Positions 25,700 through 39,428 are shown, counted from the whole stretch's first letter. The stretch: 63,972 bases of DNA, filler included, from Phoronis australis (GCA_002633005.1; 12 parts of 12 records of this genome joined end to end with filler, not necessarily neighbours in it); one strand, 5' to 3'. The notes: a model not told the origin generated them from the sequence alone. A program made the numbers and translations.

Positions 25700-26133
25700 G
25701 TGAGGTATGCAAGGAGGAGAGGGTACAGCTTTTCCAGACTCTCGAACAATACCCCAATCTTTACAAAAATATTCTGAAACTCCGCAATTGTGTAACAAAA
25801 TTAAATTCTTTCTATATGGATGTCAAGAACTTAACTCGAGTGAAAATAAGGTTTTATTTTAAATAGTATCAGAATTATTTGATAACATTAAATTTCTTTG
25901 TGTGAGGACAATTTTATACATCTGTATGAAAATGAATTATTTACATTCGTATTCATATATCATTGTAATCTTAACATCAGTTTTTTATTTATGTATACGT
26001 GTACAATAATTGTATACACATGTAGATTTCTTTGTATTTTTTACCCCGATCTAATGCCTCTTGGCGCTTTCTGGGTTATGTATATTCATTGTATTCTGAC
26101 GATTTCGTAATAGACAATAAAAAATAAAATAAA
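25700..26133 (+). mobile_element. Degenerate 3' end of a CR1/L2-like LINE
   Basis: FLYGCQELNSSENKVLF-like C-terminal motif, followed by a UTR ending in aataaaaaataaaataaa. Confidence 0.4.
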
Positions 26134-26359
26134 CCACTGCGTTACAGGCTTCAGATGCAATAAAGGTAATTGACCGGACACAGAGGCCGTGTGAGCGTAT
26201 GCTTAGTCAGCGTTTGCTAACATCTTGCTGTTGTAAAACAATATCTCGATTTTACATGTTATGGTCACATGTTAGGGAAATCGTTACTTTGATATACAAA
26301 TACATTTTTCACATCATTGTTACTTGAACTGGCTTAACTTCCTGAGCAAGTTTTCGGTT

Positions 26360-28410
26360 ATACAGAATTTGTTAAATGCACGACACTTTTCATTGTTCAC
26401 AGTCTTTATTCCGTTACGTTCGTACTTTCGGAACAAAACTATACTCTCAACTAAACGTAGATACAACAACTGACCTAGCGAGATAATTAAAAGACACACG
26501 ATATTTCGAAACATACTTGTTTCATTCTCAAGTGATAGTATTGTTATTCGCCGCGCCGAAAAGTCTGCCCAGTATGTTATTTTAAACAAAGATGAATATT
26601 CCGATAAACTTAGTCTATTAATATGTGACCCTTCCAAGTTTACCAGCATTAGTCGGTCACCCCTCATTGAGTTCAAACGTGAATTGAATCGTCACATTAG
26701 GGCTCTAAATGCTGAGGCTGGTCGTCGCATTTTCTCCGAAATCGAAGGCGATTACTCCGAAGGTTATCTCTATGGTAACCCCAAAATACACAAAAAGATG
26801 TACCTCTACGGCCGATAATATCCCAAATCCTGGCGCCTACGTATATGTACAAGACAGCGAAGCTTCTTGATAACATCATTAAGCCGCATTCAGAGCCGTT
26901 ACTCCATTAAATCTCGTGAGGATTTCATTGACATTTTGCGCACACAACTGCCATCCCCCATTACCAACATATTTCGCTTGACGCTTAGTCTTTGTTCACC
27001 AACGTACCGGTGGATGAGACCATTACTATCATTTTGGATAGTGTATACCGTCATCCAAATTTAAAGCAACCCGACATTTCACCAACTCATATGAGAGAGT
27101 TGTTGACCATCTGCACAACCAAAGTATCATTTCGCCATATAAATGAAAATTGTTTTTGCAAAAAGAAGGTCTGAGCATTGGCTCTCCTCTGGGTCCCACT
27201 TTCTCGGAATTTTATATGTCTGAAGTGGAAAAAAGGGCTAGCAATGTGATTGGTGGTATTCCTATCTATGTACGTTATGTAGATGATATTTTTGTTTATT
27301 GTGCCTTTGATGACTTGTTATCAGTACGTGATGAACTTGAGCGTCACTCTGTATTGAAGTTTACCCACGAGCTCCCTGTAAATGACAATAGTCCATTTTG
27401 GACGTTCTTGTGAACCATTCTCCATCTGAATTTTCTACATCGGTTTATCACAAGCCTACTGATAAAGGTTTCTGTCTCCACGCCAAAAGTGAGTGCCCTG
27501 AGCGGTATGAGGTCGCCGTTGTGGTCAACTTCCTAAAGAGGGCGTATTCGGTGTCGTCCAACTGGCTATTGTTCAAAGAGGTAGATCGCATAAGACAAAC
27601 ACTGGTGAATAATGAGTATACCAAAGCTTTTGTGGATTTCCATATTAAGGGATTTGTGTCCACAATTAGCTATGAAGTCCCTGCAAGTCGGACTGGTGTC
27701 ACCAAAAATATATTTTACAAAAATGTCATGTCTAATAATTACCTCGAAGACCCACACGCCATTAAGACAATTATAAGGGATACTGTTAAAGTTTTAAGCC
27801 TGATGATTACCTCGATGTTATTATTTATTATCGGAATAGGAAGTCCTCAAACATGATCATGAAAAATAACATTTCTAAAGCGAAAGTCCGCCCCGTTGCA
27901 CATTGTAGTGTTGTTTATGAGTTTGTAAATATGCCCTATGAATAAATGTCTTCGTTCAAACTTCAAACAAATGTTACATTGGTCAAACGGTTTGCAGTCT
28001 TTCCCGTTGGTTATCCATGCATCTTCAAAATGACGCCATTCAAGATCCTTTTCTGCAATGCCACGCACTTAAAATTACCCGTCATGTGCTGCGTTTTTGA
28101 AACTATTAGAGTAATTTTTAATTGCTTTTGAGAAGCCTGTTTTGAATGAGCAGCAAAAAGGGTCGCGCCACACGTGTGTCACTGTGTGTGTCGTCAGCAT
28201 ATACTATGTGGTGGCATCACTGCGTCGTTTTATCTTCACTTGAGAATGAAACAAGTATGTTTCGAAATATCTTGTGTCTTTTAATTATGTCGCTAGGTGA
28301 GTTACTGTATCTATGTTCAGTTGAGAGTAGAGTTTTGTTCCGAAAGTACGAACGTAACGGAAAAAGCCTGTGAGCAATGAAAAGTTTTGTGCATTTAACA
28401 AATTCTGTAT
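26360..28410 (+). mobile_element. Penelope-like retroelement (frameshifted RT, GIY-YIG remnants) with inverted terminal-repeat copy
   Basis: RT motifs YLYGNPKIHKKDVPLRPIISQI, SLFTNVPVDETI, GSPLGPTFSEFYM, YVRYVDDIF, VYHKPT; ORF end KPVLNEQ. 26360-26535 is the reverse complement of 28236-28410. Confidence 0.9.
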
Positions 28411-30515
28411 GACATCATTGTTACTTTCCCTGGCGGTTCTGTAAAAGAGCAAATTGATTTCGCGGCCCTCGACAAATGAGTACATTTGCATTTGCGTTGC
28501 TAATTCACTAAAGTAATTACGTACACATTATTTCTTTGGCTCACTAGTATAGTCTTTACGTGACTGGAGGTTTATGTTCGTGATGTCCAGTCTCGGCGGC
28601 CGCAACGGACCTGAGGAACTGCCTGGAATAACAAGCGTTTTGTGTGTTTAGAACTGAAACACATCGCAAGTCTAAAGTGATTCACTGAGGCTTTGATTGA
28701 AATTTACGTCTTATTAGTAGCTTATGTTTCTTCATCGTCAATCAGGTACCGTTTTCTTTGAAAAAAATGAAGTAATTTCTTTAATTGCACAGTGGAGCAG
28801 ACAACAGACACAAAGTGGTGGTGCCTAGCGCCACTGCCGCTCCGCTGGGATGTCACGCACATATTGACCGGCAGCGCCATTACTTAGCCATAGTTCCGTT
28901 ACGATTGCGCCAGCGGTCTGAAACGTACACGTGAGCCCTTCCCCCCACACGCACACACAGACTTAAATTGCACACATTGCTAATTTTGTTTCAGCCGTAT
29001 AATATTAATTGCCATGGTTAATTGAGAAATTCAACAATTCCCCACGGTCTTGTTGTTTTATTTTTTGCGGCAGCCAGGGGGTGAGAGGGGCTGCTCCCCT
29101 AAATCCACCTTTGAGTTTAGTCTCTGAATTCGTGCACATATTAAATTCGAGGATATCAACGAGTCTCTGTTTGTAAAACTTTTTGACATGTAATGATAAG
29201 CCATTAGGAAATAATTATTTAATCTCATATGTTAGAACTTGTTCAAAATACCGATTTTTAATATGCCTTAAAGTTTCGTTTGTAAGAATTTGCTACCAAC
29301 TGATCATTATGTGTCTGACTAGCAAAGCGTTGAAACTGCAATGATCCAGTCGATTAGGTTGTTTAAAATGGGTACCGCCATGACTGGGGAGTGACCAGGA
29401 TGAGTTGAAAGACACTGGTGCATACGCTACGTAAACTGTTAGTTGGTCCTAGTCTCCGGATGGCCCGTGAAGGATTTGCTGTACGTAAGATGTGACCCAA
29501 AATGGTAAAACACGACTGTGGCTTTTTACATTGAGGACACGTCGTCATGTTAAATTATATGGGACATATCAATAGTATAACTGATATTTTTTAATTGACT
29601 GAGATTGTACATTTATATTTTACAGTGCATGGGGGTTACATGCAAAGGAAGTAGGATCAGCTTAGCTAATTTATCAACAACCAACGATGCCACCCACGAA
29701 CTGTCCATTTCATCCCCACGTAGCCAACGTGGCTCAAATTTGAAATGTAATTGGTTGATTCTATTTCCTTACTTGAATCAACGTTGAAGGTATCGAGCTG
29801 AGTAAATGAGAATTTTCAAATATATTTCGTGTCTTTTATTTTGTCTGACTTCTGGTGTATCATTTGTGGCACGTTGAATGATCTAAATTATATTGCAATT
29901 GCTTTCAACTGGTTACCTGGTGGTTTGATTTAGCTCAAGTCGGAAGTTCGTACGTGTCTTTCGGGGGTAACCCATCACAGGACTTATCTGGCAGTGTTCA
30001 TATATGATACATGGGGTAATGCTGAATATTTTACAACTGGGTTCATGCGGTCACATCTTGGGTTGATCAACCTCAGCTTTGGCTCCTATTGAAGTCATCG
30101 AGCTAATGTTCTTTACCTGTAAAACTGTTCTGCCGTTGTCAATTTAAAACAGTGAATTACATGATAGACTTTTCAGGTGGTTGTCAGAGATGTTGATCTA
30201 GCTCAATATTTAGGTGCCATTTTTATGGCCCTCTTAAGCACACATCCATTTCGTCCATCAGGATATTAAGGAGTACTGTGGCACCTTTGAAGATTGGTTA
30301 CCTTTTCATTCCCAAAAAACTCTCGTTTATATTCACTCTACTTCAATATTTACCTACACGTAGGGATTCTAAAGGGTCTCAAAACAATCAGTACGACAAA
30401 TAACAAACATTGTTTTCACATTTACAATGTGTGAAATTCATGACGTCACTTCGTAAAGTTTGATGCTTTTGCACGAGCGCATGGGAGAAAGAAAAATTCC
30501 CTTTATGTTTTACAG

Positions 30516-30614
30516 ACTGATCAAACCCTGTTGCACTACGCAGCTGTGGGAGGCAACGCCAAAGTTTTCGAGTTAAGTTTGCGGCATGTCGCAGATGTCA
30601 AGTCATGTGACAAG
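30516..30614 (+). CDS. Isolated ankyrin-repeat exon (99 nt, phase 0-0), possibly decaying
   Basis: ttttacag|ACT...AAG|gtaagc; TDQTLLHYAAVGGNAKVFELSLRHVADVKSCDK. Confidence 0.7.
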
Positions 30615-31744
30615 GTAAGCATGTTCAAATACTATCATTGAACGAATGAATGGAAGTTTAATTGAATACATGATGCATTGTAAACATCGTTTTCCACCCT
30701 CCTGCATGTACCTTGGGGTTGATGCAAATGTGAGCACGCACAATCAGCCTAAATGAATCGGGAGTACATTATGGTGGGCCTTTGAGGGGAAAGTGTCGCG
30801 GTAAAATTACGCTCGTAATTACGAGCGTAAAATTAATTAAATTTCAGGAGTGTCGCCGTACAATTACGCTCGTAATTTCGTAATTACGAGCGCCAGTTAA
30901 GTATCAGTCCACGAATCCACCGACCACTGTACAGCCAACAAGCGGCAAGGTGGGGGTCAGCCATTCAGATCCATGTTTAGTCTGATAAATCACATTAGGG
31001 ATGAGAGAAATTGGGTGAAGTATGACACCACAAAGTTTGGTGGTTTAGGAGATACAAGGGAAGTGTTCTGGGGGGAAAATGAGCCAATTTCTTGATGTGG
31101 AATGAGTAATTTTTAACCAAATGTTCTACTCCAGTTTCTGCTTCCAAAAGAATCGTTTCTGAACAATTTTGATATCACAATGACCAACGTCAGTAAAAAC
31201 GGCACCGACACTGAAATATCGGTTACCATGGTAACACTGGAACTGTTTCCGTGGAGGTACATTTCTTTCTTGTGAAAAACTAGCAGTAAGTTGTACCCTT
31301 ATGGCGAAGCTGCCCCCGCGAGAAAACTAAAAATAATAACATGGACATGTAGAAGACTCCATGCCTTTGAAATTAATACAGTAAAAACTTTGGTAGCCCT
31401 TCAGGCAGGCTGGTAATAGGTGTCGAAATTTCACTATTTTCAGACCGCGTATGTGTATTTGTCATGTTAAACCAGTCACTAGTTGCGCGCCGTTTCTACG
31501 CATTAATATGCCGTGGTTTAGCACAACAATTAAAACAAAAATGGTTTGCTCAAATGTTTTTAATTAATTTTAAGGACACTAGCATTTTACACTAAAATAT
31601 GAAATAATACTAAATTTGTTCATCCAACTCGTCTGATTACCAAACTAAAGCTTACAATCCGTTAGTTGAATGATGGCTGACCTAAAGTGCGGGTTTGCGA
31701 ATTTATCTATTTAACTGACACTGCCAGTCGCATCGAATGTGGTA

Positions 31745-32103
31745 TTTCTACAAATTGCGGAGAGAAACAACCTTGGAAACTCTTGGGAAATGCACAAGGA
31801 ATAGAGCGAGAGATTTCAGCACCTTATAAGAGTAAGTGGAGCTGATGTGGAGGTGGAACGTGTCCTCCTGAGAAGTAGTCTGTCTCAGTGTCTGCCTCGG
31901 AGGCAGCTGTGCAGCAGGAGCTACATAATCTACCGTATTCGATTCACTTGCCCGAATCATCGTTACAACACTCGAGATATATTGGCATCGCCAAAGACAC
32001 TGAGTACATACACTGCACACTAGAGGAGAGATCTGATTAGAGGTCTGAAAAATGACCACAGACGTTAAGTCAAGGTTCAACGTCCTGCTTCGTGTGAGCT
32101 CAG
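31745..32103 (+). pseudogene. Possible decayed death-domain-like exon
   Basis: Fragments in shifting frames: FLQIAERNNLGNSWEM, EAAVQQELHNLPYSI, TLEIYWHRQ, DLIRGLK, ending at CAG|gtagga. Loosely fits the death-domain pattern (IAxxLGxxW...LxxW...LxxAL); stops and frameshifts present. Confidence 0.3.
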
Positions 32104-34244
32104 GTAGGAATCACTAAACTCCAGGGTCTGAGGAATATTTATAAGCACGTCATTCATGCAAAAATACTTTTATTGACACACCGTGATTGCTTATAACTTG
32201 GGCCTTATTGCTTAATCATATCTTATTGAAATGTATTGATGTTTATGAAACTATATGTATACATTGGCATAGAAAATAGGTAGTCATCATAACTTTTCGT
32301 GACAACCACCAAATGTGTAACATGACTTCTGCCCATGAACTACTTTTAGAGAGTAGGGAGTATGTTATGTCTGCCAATGAATTTCTGCGATAATGAAGTT
32401 AATTAAACATGCTAAAACCGTCAAAAATATTGGTGACTCCACTTTAGCTTGGTGTTCTTATTTCTGAGCCAAAATGGCCACATTAAATTTAATATATTTA
32501 ATTTTTTCATTAATACAATTTTAGGAATCAGGAAAGGCATATGCTGAAGAAGTGGCTTCTGCTGAAATTGGAGACCTGCCGATTATAAGTAAAGGTTGGG
32601 TATTGAAACGTTCACAACCAGCAAGAAGGTACCCTTCTGGACAATTAAGTGAGGGAGCTAGAGAGAGGCCGAAAAGTCTACTCCCAGAATACCTGTAATA
32701 CCTGTCACGGACAGGATCATTGGGGATATGCCGGTGCATTATTCCCCTCCCCAGACCATACCCGTGACAGCAGAAGGCGCAGAACTCCAGNNNNNNNNNN
32801 NNNNNNNNNNNNNNNNNNNNNNNNNNNNNNNNNNTTAATTAATTAANNNNNNNNNNNNNNNNNNNNNNNNNNNNNNNNNNNNNNNNNNNNTGTAACAGAA
32901 AATACGTGAATACTGAACTTGGTATTTAGAAAAGCAGTTCAGAGACAGTTATACAGTTGGTACAGCTTTTAACACACACAAATAGTAATCTCTCTTCAAT
33001 TGAGTCCAAAGATAAATAGTGAAATAGTAAACATGTTTTTGTTTTGTTTTGTTTTTCTGTTTCCTAAAACTTCTATTACACAAACCGTGGTCAACCAAAG
33101 AAAACATTTTAAATTTTGTGGTTTTTTGACGAATTTGACAACATAAAATTCTTTTTGTCCACCAAACTATGCTAAATTGAAGAGTTTTTACCATAAGGCT
33201 TGTTTGGATAACTAAATTTTGACTAAACTAAGGTTAATAGTACTAGCAGAAAGCAGAAACACGGTTACTCTAATACCCCGTTTACATGACATGAAATTCA
33301 GGTAGAAGTTGTTCCGGATACTTGTTTTACCACAACAACTCGACTCCACAAATGCAATCTCACATCAGTTTTTCCCCAGGTCAGAAAGTCACGTAGACTA
33401 TTCTAGGTCAACATGTCACACCAGAATGCCACGGCAACAAAACAAGAACGCACTAAACAGGCATCCCAGGTGTCACACATGTGAACTGGCATTGCATGAG
33501 ATTCTTGGACACTTCATTTTTGAAGACACCAGTTACCACTGGCATATGTAATGCTACAATATCCACCTTGTTCTGGTTTTCAGTTGCGCAATGTTGGTAT
33601 CAAATTGGAAAAAACCTATACTGGGAACAGCTTCAATCAATTTTCAAACCTTTGTAAATGCATCTGAAAATAGCCAAAAGATTAACCTGGAGGTTTTTAA
33701 AAAGCAAGTTAAGTCTATGACACTAATAAAGTATTTTTAGGCAAGAACAGGAAAGGCAGACTGACCTAGAAGTCCAAAAAACGAATGTGCAAATAACGAC
33801 TTCTTATTAAGTGGTGATGTCATCCATGACTTGTGCATTAAATCAAATTTTCAAGCTCGACCCCTGGATCTGCCTATTACAGAATGACAGGTAGAAACAC
33901 AGCACAGACAAATAATCAATATTCAAAGAAAATGTACATTTAAATCTACATATTAAATTCAACATCATGGGACCGTGGACCACTGCGAAGTCTCAACTTT
34001 CCAGAAACACGCAAACGTGGATTGCAAAACCAGAGAAACATAACACGAATGGAAACCTCACACCAACTTCAATTCAATCCTACATAGCAAGCACGTGAAT
34101 TTGAGGTGAAACATAGTGAAGTTTAGTCACTCACCACCTTGATACAGAATGCAGTATTTTCTGACCAAAATCCCCATCAGGTATGCTATCTTCACATAAT
34201 GGGTAAGGGGGCACTGGCATATTCGACATACAGATCAGTGCAAT

Positions 34245-34686
34245 ATGGTGATAAGTCACTAACTCCACATTTTGCTCACATCCCAATAAAAAGACTTTTC
34301 GTAATCCTAATGTGAAACAGGCTAGTGTCTACTCAACCCAAGCATTCCCACAAGATGCATGGTTCATCATCAACCAGGTGGTACTTTCAGAATCAAAACA
34401 CTTCACACCGAACTCACATCCCATGTAAACCAACTGGATTCCATCCAGCGCATTGCATTATGGCGATAAGTCATCAACTAATTTCACAGTGCATCAAACA
34501 AAAAACTTCACGTTGCTCCCATCCCAAGAAAAAGATTTTTCGTGACCTTAACGTGAAACAGGCCGACGTCTACTCAACCCAAACATTCCCAATTCCCACA
34601 CAAGATGCACCCCCGTTCATCATCCCGGTAGTACTGTTAGAATCACGACACTTCACACAGAACTCATATTCCACGTAAACCAACTG
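34245..34686. repeat. Diverged two-unit tandem duplication (~200-230 bp) in an intron
   Basis: gataagtca...catcccaa...gtgaaacaggc...tctactcaaccca...cacttcacac...gtaaaccaactg occurs twice. Confidence 0.75.
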
Positions 34687-34725
34687 CATGCTATCCGAAC
34701 GTGAAACCGTATGATATGTACTCAC

Positions 34726-34843
34726 CCGGAGGCATCCCCATATGCTGCATGCCAAGGCCCTGGGCCAGGAGGTAATTCCTTTGCTGTAAATGAAATTGCT
34801 GCACAAGCTGTTGTTGCTGGGCCTGCAGCTGTTGAATTTGTGC
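34726..34843 (-). CDS. Glutamine-rich exon resembling the FoxP Q-rich region
   Basis: tttctag|GCA...CCG G|gtgagt; AQIQQLQAQQQQLVQQFHLQQRNYLLAQGLGMQHMGMPP(G). Exon is well supported; FoxP identity is tentative (no forkhead domain in this segment). Confidence 0.55.
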
Positions 34844-37800
34844 CTAGAAATAGATGAAGAGCAAATGACAGATAGCAACCGGAGACGCCTCCTATGGGCC
34901 AAGTTAGGCCAGGGTAGTTTTCACTAAGCTCTTCTGAAAAATTATGACATAACGGCTGAAACTGAGTGGGAACCAACGGTAGAGAAACTTGTTACACTCT
35001 TCGTAAAAACCCCCACGGATGGTGTCGCATTCAAGACCTTTTTGGCAAAGCTGTAAGCTTCCACTCGTTCCCGGTCCACTCATAAAGATAAGCACGTTTC
35101 ACGTGTGCTGACTGTTGTTGTGGCAAATGCAGATTTCACAAAATAAATGAAGGAATTGTGAACCAAAGGTATTTAATCTAAGAAAACTGTTACAAATTTA
35201 AAGTTTAGAAGTCAACACAAACTTTGAAACCAATTTTGGGGGAATTATTATCTAACTTTGGTACTCACACTGGTGACTTCTTGGCGACTTGGGATTTTCC
35301 CAGGTCGCCAAATACCTGCAATGCTGAGAGAATGTCTTGGATTCTGACATCCAACCATAATTCCAACAACATTTCCGGAATAAAAAAGGAACACCTCAGG
35401 TTTTGCCTTCCAAGGCAAATAGCGTAAAGCAAAGTCATGAAGTGCGCTTCCGTTTGGTAAAATACATCCGGTGTCTACAGGTGCTCCCAGTGATTTATTG
35501 GAACAGTCACATTTTAGTGAGTACTTACCAAGTAAAGTTCACTATTTTTACCACGTAATAAAACAACAATAAAAGTTGGAATTTCACTCAGTGCATTAAA
35601 AATNNNNNNNNNNNNNNNNNNNNNNNNNNNNNNNNNNNNNNNNNNNNTTAATTAATTAANNNNNNNNNNNNNNNNNNNNNNNNNNNNNNNNNNNNNNNNN
35701 NNNACTCTATCAAAAATACTAAAATTTAGCAAAGATAATATAACATAAACAAATTTTGTTTGGTTTCCGAATTCTGCCTTGCTGACCTGTTTTCTCCTGT
35801 TCAGTTCTACACAGTGTGCTATACTGTTACAGTTCTAGTGATTTATACAAGTACATGAGTTCAATGTGATATTGGTCTTCTGTATATCTTTGTCAATAGA
35901 TGGCGATACAGTTTCATATATTGCTTCCTTCATGTTGAAGTCTGTTGGTAGCATGCTGAGTATCATATCCTGTTCATTAAACTCTGAAAATTACAGTTGT
36001 TGAATTAACAAATATACTTTGCTTTGCTAAATCAGAATTAAGAATATCATTTTCCCATGTCCATAAGTTGTTACCATTTAAGGTAATGATTCCTGTCTGC
36101 CATTAATCATCGGCAGCTGATGAGGGATGAATTGAGTAAGATGAGTGTAACTTGATTAAATGTAAAACTAAACCTTATACTTCCAGTTGCAGCTGAACAT
36201 CAGATGGTAGTCACATGGTTACTGCATCCTATTTACATCTTGGGGTATTTTGACTAACATTTAAATTTTATCTGTTAATAACACAAAATATTCTTATTAT
36301 GTCAAAAGCCCCCCTTAAGGGCATTCCTCTTTACATGGTAACTATAACAGACTTACAATCACTACTGGTCCTAAGGATGTTTTTCACAGATAAGAGTGAA
36401 AAAAAACTGTTCCTGCATTATGCTGTCAAGCCACCCAAGACTGTGTTGATGAGAAAGGGCATTCCCTGTTGGAATGGTAACCATGAGACTTGCCAAAACT
36501 CCTGATTTGAGAGGGGGGCAGACACGCGACCCATCATTTTAGAAATTGTGAATACCTAACAAATCCGGATGTTTTTAAAATGTTGCTGTTAAACATCTTT
36601 CTGATAACCCCAATCTTTGTCATGATAAACAAAAAAAAGTTCTTTATCTTTTGATTTGCTGGCACACCCCCTGATACATTTTAAAAGTTACTGTATAATG
36701 CCACTAATCTTGTCATTGTCAAAACATTGCGGGCAGGAGGGTTGGGGTTGACAGCAAATTTAGGGTTGAAAAGCGAAACTGCTGGCAACCAGATTGGGAG
36801 TTGTGGTGCTAGGAATTAAGGTTTGATTTAAAAGGTTGGCTAGTTATGTTATAATGTTGATGGCAATTATTGTTATTATAATGATAATGGGTATAATGGT
36901 AGTGATGATTAGATCTAATGGTAATGAAGTACAACTTGAGAGCGCACAGAGAAGACAGGTAGCTGTCAATGTGTTCCAACTCCTCCACAGTGCAACATTA
37001 CTTAGTCCCAAAGTATCCTGAGGAGAACCTAGTGCACCTTGGTCCTGTCTTGCTGTTTCTGTTTTGCTTGCCATCATCTACTCAAACTGACGACACTGTG
37101 ACTAACTAGTGGCACTCAGGCCAGAATGCTAGCATTCTAGTTCTGCAACAAGTTGATCAATTTTTAAAGCCACATTCAGCACCACCATAAAAATCTTGAT
37201 ACCTCTGAGAATGAATTTGGAGAATCTCAGTAAGCTGTTAGTTAATGCAATAACTGGAATCAATAAGCTTGTTCTCAAATAGCACATCACGACTCTCTTT
37301 CTAATGTATTTACCCACAATGCAACATGTGTATGAGACTTTCTGTTTCTTCAGATGCAATTGTATTAGTCACTTCCACATATCCTAATTATTATATAATT
37401 TACCATTGCTATGTAGACAAACTTGTATTCACTACTATAGCCAAAGGTATTCATCCTGGATGGGCCAATTGTTGATAGGTGTAAAATTGTTGATAGGTGG
37501 GGGGAGCTGAATTGAATGGCAACCAGGGGAGAGGGGGGGGACTTTGGAATGAAATGACTGAGCTGAAAGAACGTTTTCACTATAAAGGACATCTGCGGGT
37601 CTTGGCATACTCATATTGGCTCTGGCAGTGCTTAAATGATTATTTTGTATCGCAACGTTCATGACACGACATTTTAAAAAGTAGATCTGTCGTACAATGT
37701 ATTGCCGTACCTCCACGACTAGGAGAGTTCAATCCAAGTTGGTTCTATGCCTTCTGTCTACCTCACACACTACATTCCAACTTTAAAGACAGACAAAGAT

Positions 37801-38119
37801 GTGATTCCTTATCATTGCTCAAAACCTGTAAAGGGAAAGACAGGTCATGTGGGGTACAGGAAATATTTATAAGATATTAGTAAATGACCATCATTTTATA
37901 AGTCATGTCACATGTTCATGCAGTCAATTATGCTCCAGGCTGCAATCATTAGCAAAATTTCCACATGTGTTGGCTTTTAGTAGGAAAATGGAAATTAAAT
38001 CTTGAAAACCTAAGAAAACNNNNNNNNNNNNNNNNNNNNNNNNNNNNNNNNNNNNNNNNNNNNTTAATTAATTAANNNNNNNNNNNNNNNNNNNNNNNNN
38101 NNNNNNNNNNNNNNNNNNN

Positions 38120-39428
38120 GCACTCACTAAACAAGTGCGAGACCTGGAGGCAGAGTTGGAGGAAGAGAGGCGCCAACGGACCATCAGCAGCTCTAGCCAG
38201 AAGAAGATGGCTGCTGACTTTGCAGATATGGAGGCACAGCTGGACATGGCCAACAAGGTGAAGGAGGATGCCATGAAACAGCTCAAGAAGTTGCAGGTAT
38301 ATGGTTGGGTTAGGGTGCAATTTGGTCAGATTTGATTGTATGGGTGTAGGCAAGGTTGTTGGATGGGCTATCCAGACATTAATCCAGACTACTTTGTGTT
38401 GTGTCCACATGGATGACCTGAGTTGTTATCAGTAGTTTGTATGTAGTCGGTCATAGCTTGGTTTGAATGCAAAATGATCAATACTCAACAATTTGTAGGG
38501 TTTGTTATTACTTGTTGCATAATTTACAAATATGTAAAGAAAAACATATATCACTGCTGTTTTGTTGTATGAGCAAGGTTGAAGAACTGGCTGCAAAAAC
38601 CATAAAACATGGAAAAGGTTATTGTGATCCTGTATTCTATCAATAGAACCAGATGAGGGACTTCCAAAAAGACCTGGAAGATTCTCGCAGTGGCAGAGAA
38701 GAGGCACTGATTTCTGCCAAGGAGCAAGAGAAGAAGGCTAAACAACTGGAGGCTGAAGTGTTCCAACTGACAGAGGACCTGTCTGTGTCGGAGAAAGCCC
38801 GCCGCCAGGCACAGGCTGAGCGAGATGAGCTCCAAGATGAGATCAGCAGCAGCGCCACTAGCAAGTGAGCAGGGATAGTTTAGACGCATTATTGTGTGAG
38901 GAAGGGGCTCTGTAGGGGCATTATTGTATCAGTAAGGGGATAGTGCTGAAGCATGAGGAAAGGGTAATGTAGGGGCATTACTGTGTGGGACAGGGTCAGT
39001 GTAAAGGGCATTACCGTGTGGGACAGGGTCAGTGTAGGGGCATTACTGTGTGGGAAAGGGTCAGTGTAAGGGCATTACTGNGTGTGGGGGCATTACCGTG
39101 TGGGAAAGGGTCAGTGTAGGGGCATTACTGTGTGAGACAGGGTCAGTGTAAGGGGCATTACCATGTGGGAAGGGTCAGTGTAAGGTGCATTACTTTGTGG
39201 GAAAGGGTCAGTGTAAGGGCGTTGTGTTAGTAAGGGGTTTAAATTAATTTATGGTCTAATGCCAAAAGATTTCACTGCTTATATGTTAATCATTTGTCGT
39301 TAAGGTCATCCTTGGCTGATGAGAAGAAAAGACTGGAAGCTCGTGTGCTACAGCTTCAAGATGAGATAGAAGAGGAACAAACCACGGCTGAACTAATCTC
39401 GGAGAAACTCAGGAGAGCCATTGCCCAC
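38120..39428 (+). CDS. Non-muscle myosin II heavy chain (MYH9/MYH10/zipper-like), rod/tail exons, partial
   Basis: Exons 38120-38296 (QVRDLEAELEEERRQR...KEDAMKQLKKLQ), 38647-38864 (NQMRDFQKDLEDSR...ERDELQDEI...), 39305-39428 (DEKKRLEARVLQLQDEIEEEQ...). Compatible splice phases (0, 2); clearly similar to the NMHC-II tail. Confidence 0.92.
38895..39225. repeat. ~27-28-bp G-rich intronic minisatellite
   Basis: Unit ggggcattactgtgtgggacagggtcagtgta, repeated with variants. Confidence 0.9.

Noticed and set aside
32525-32790. Further exon of the ankyrin/death locus (ESGKAYAEEV...KGWVLKRS)
   Set aside because: Contains an in-frame stop; the GWxLK and GRK pattern looks more like a decayed transposon-associated protein. 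Not assignable.
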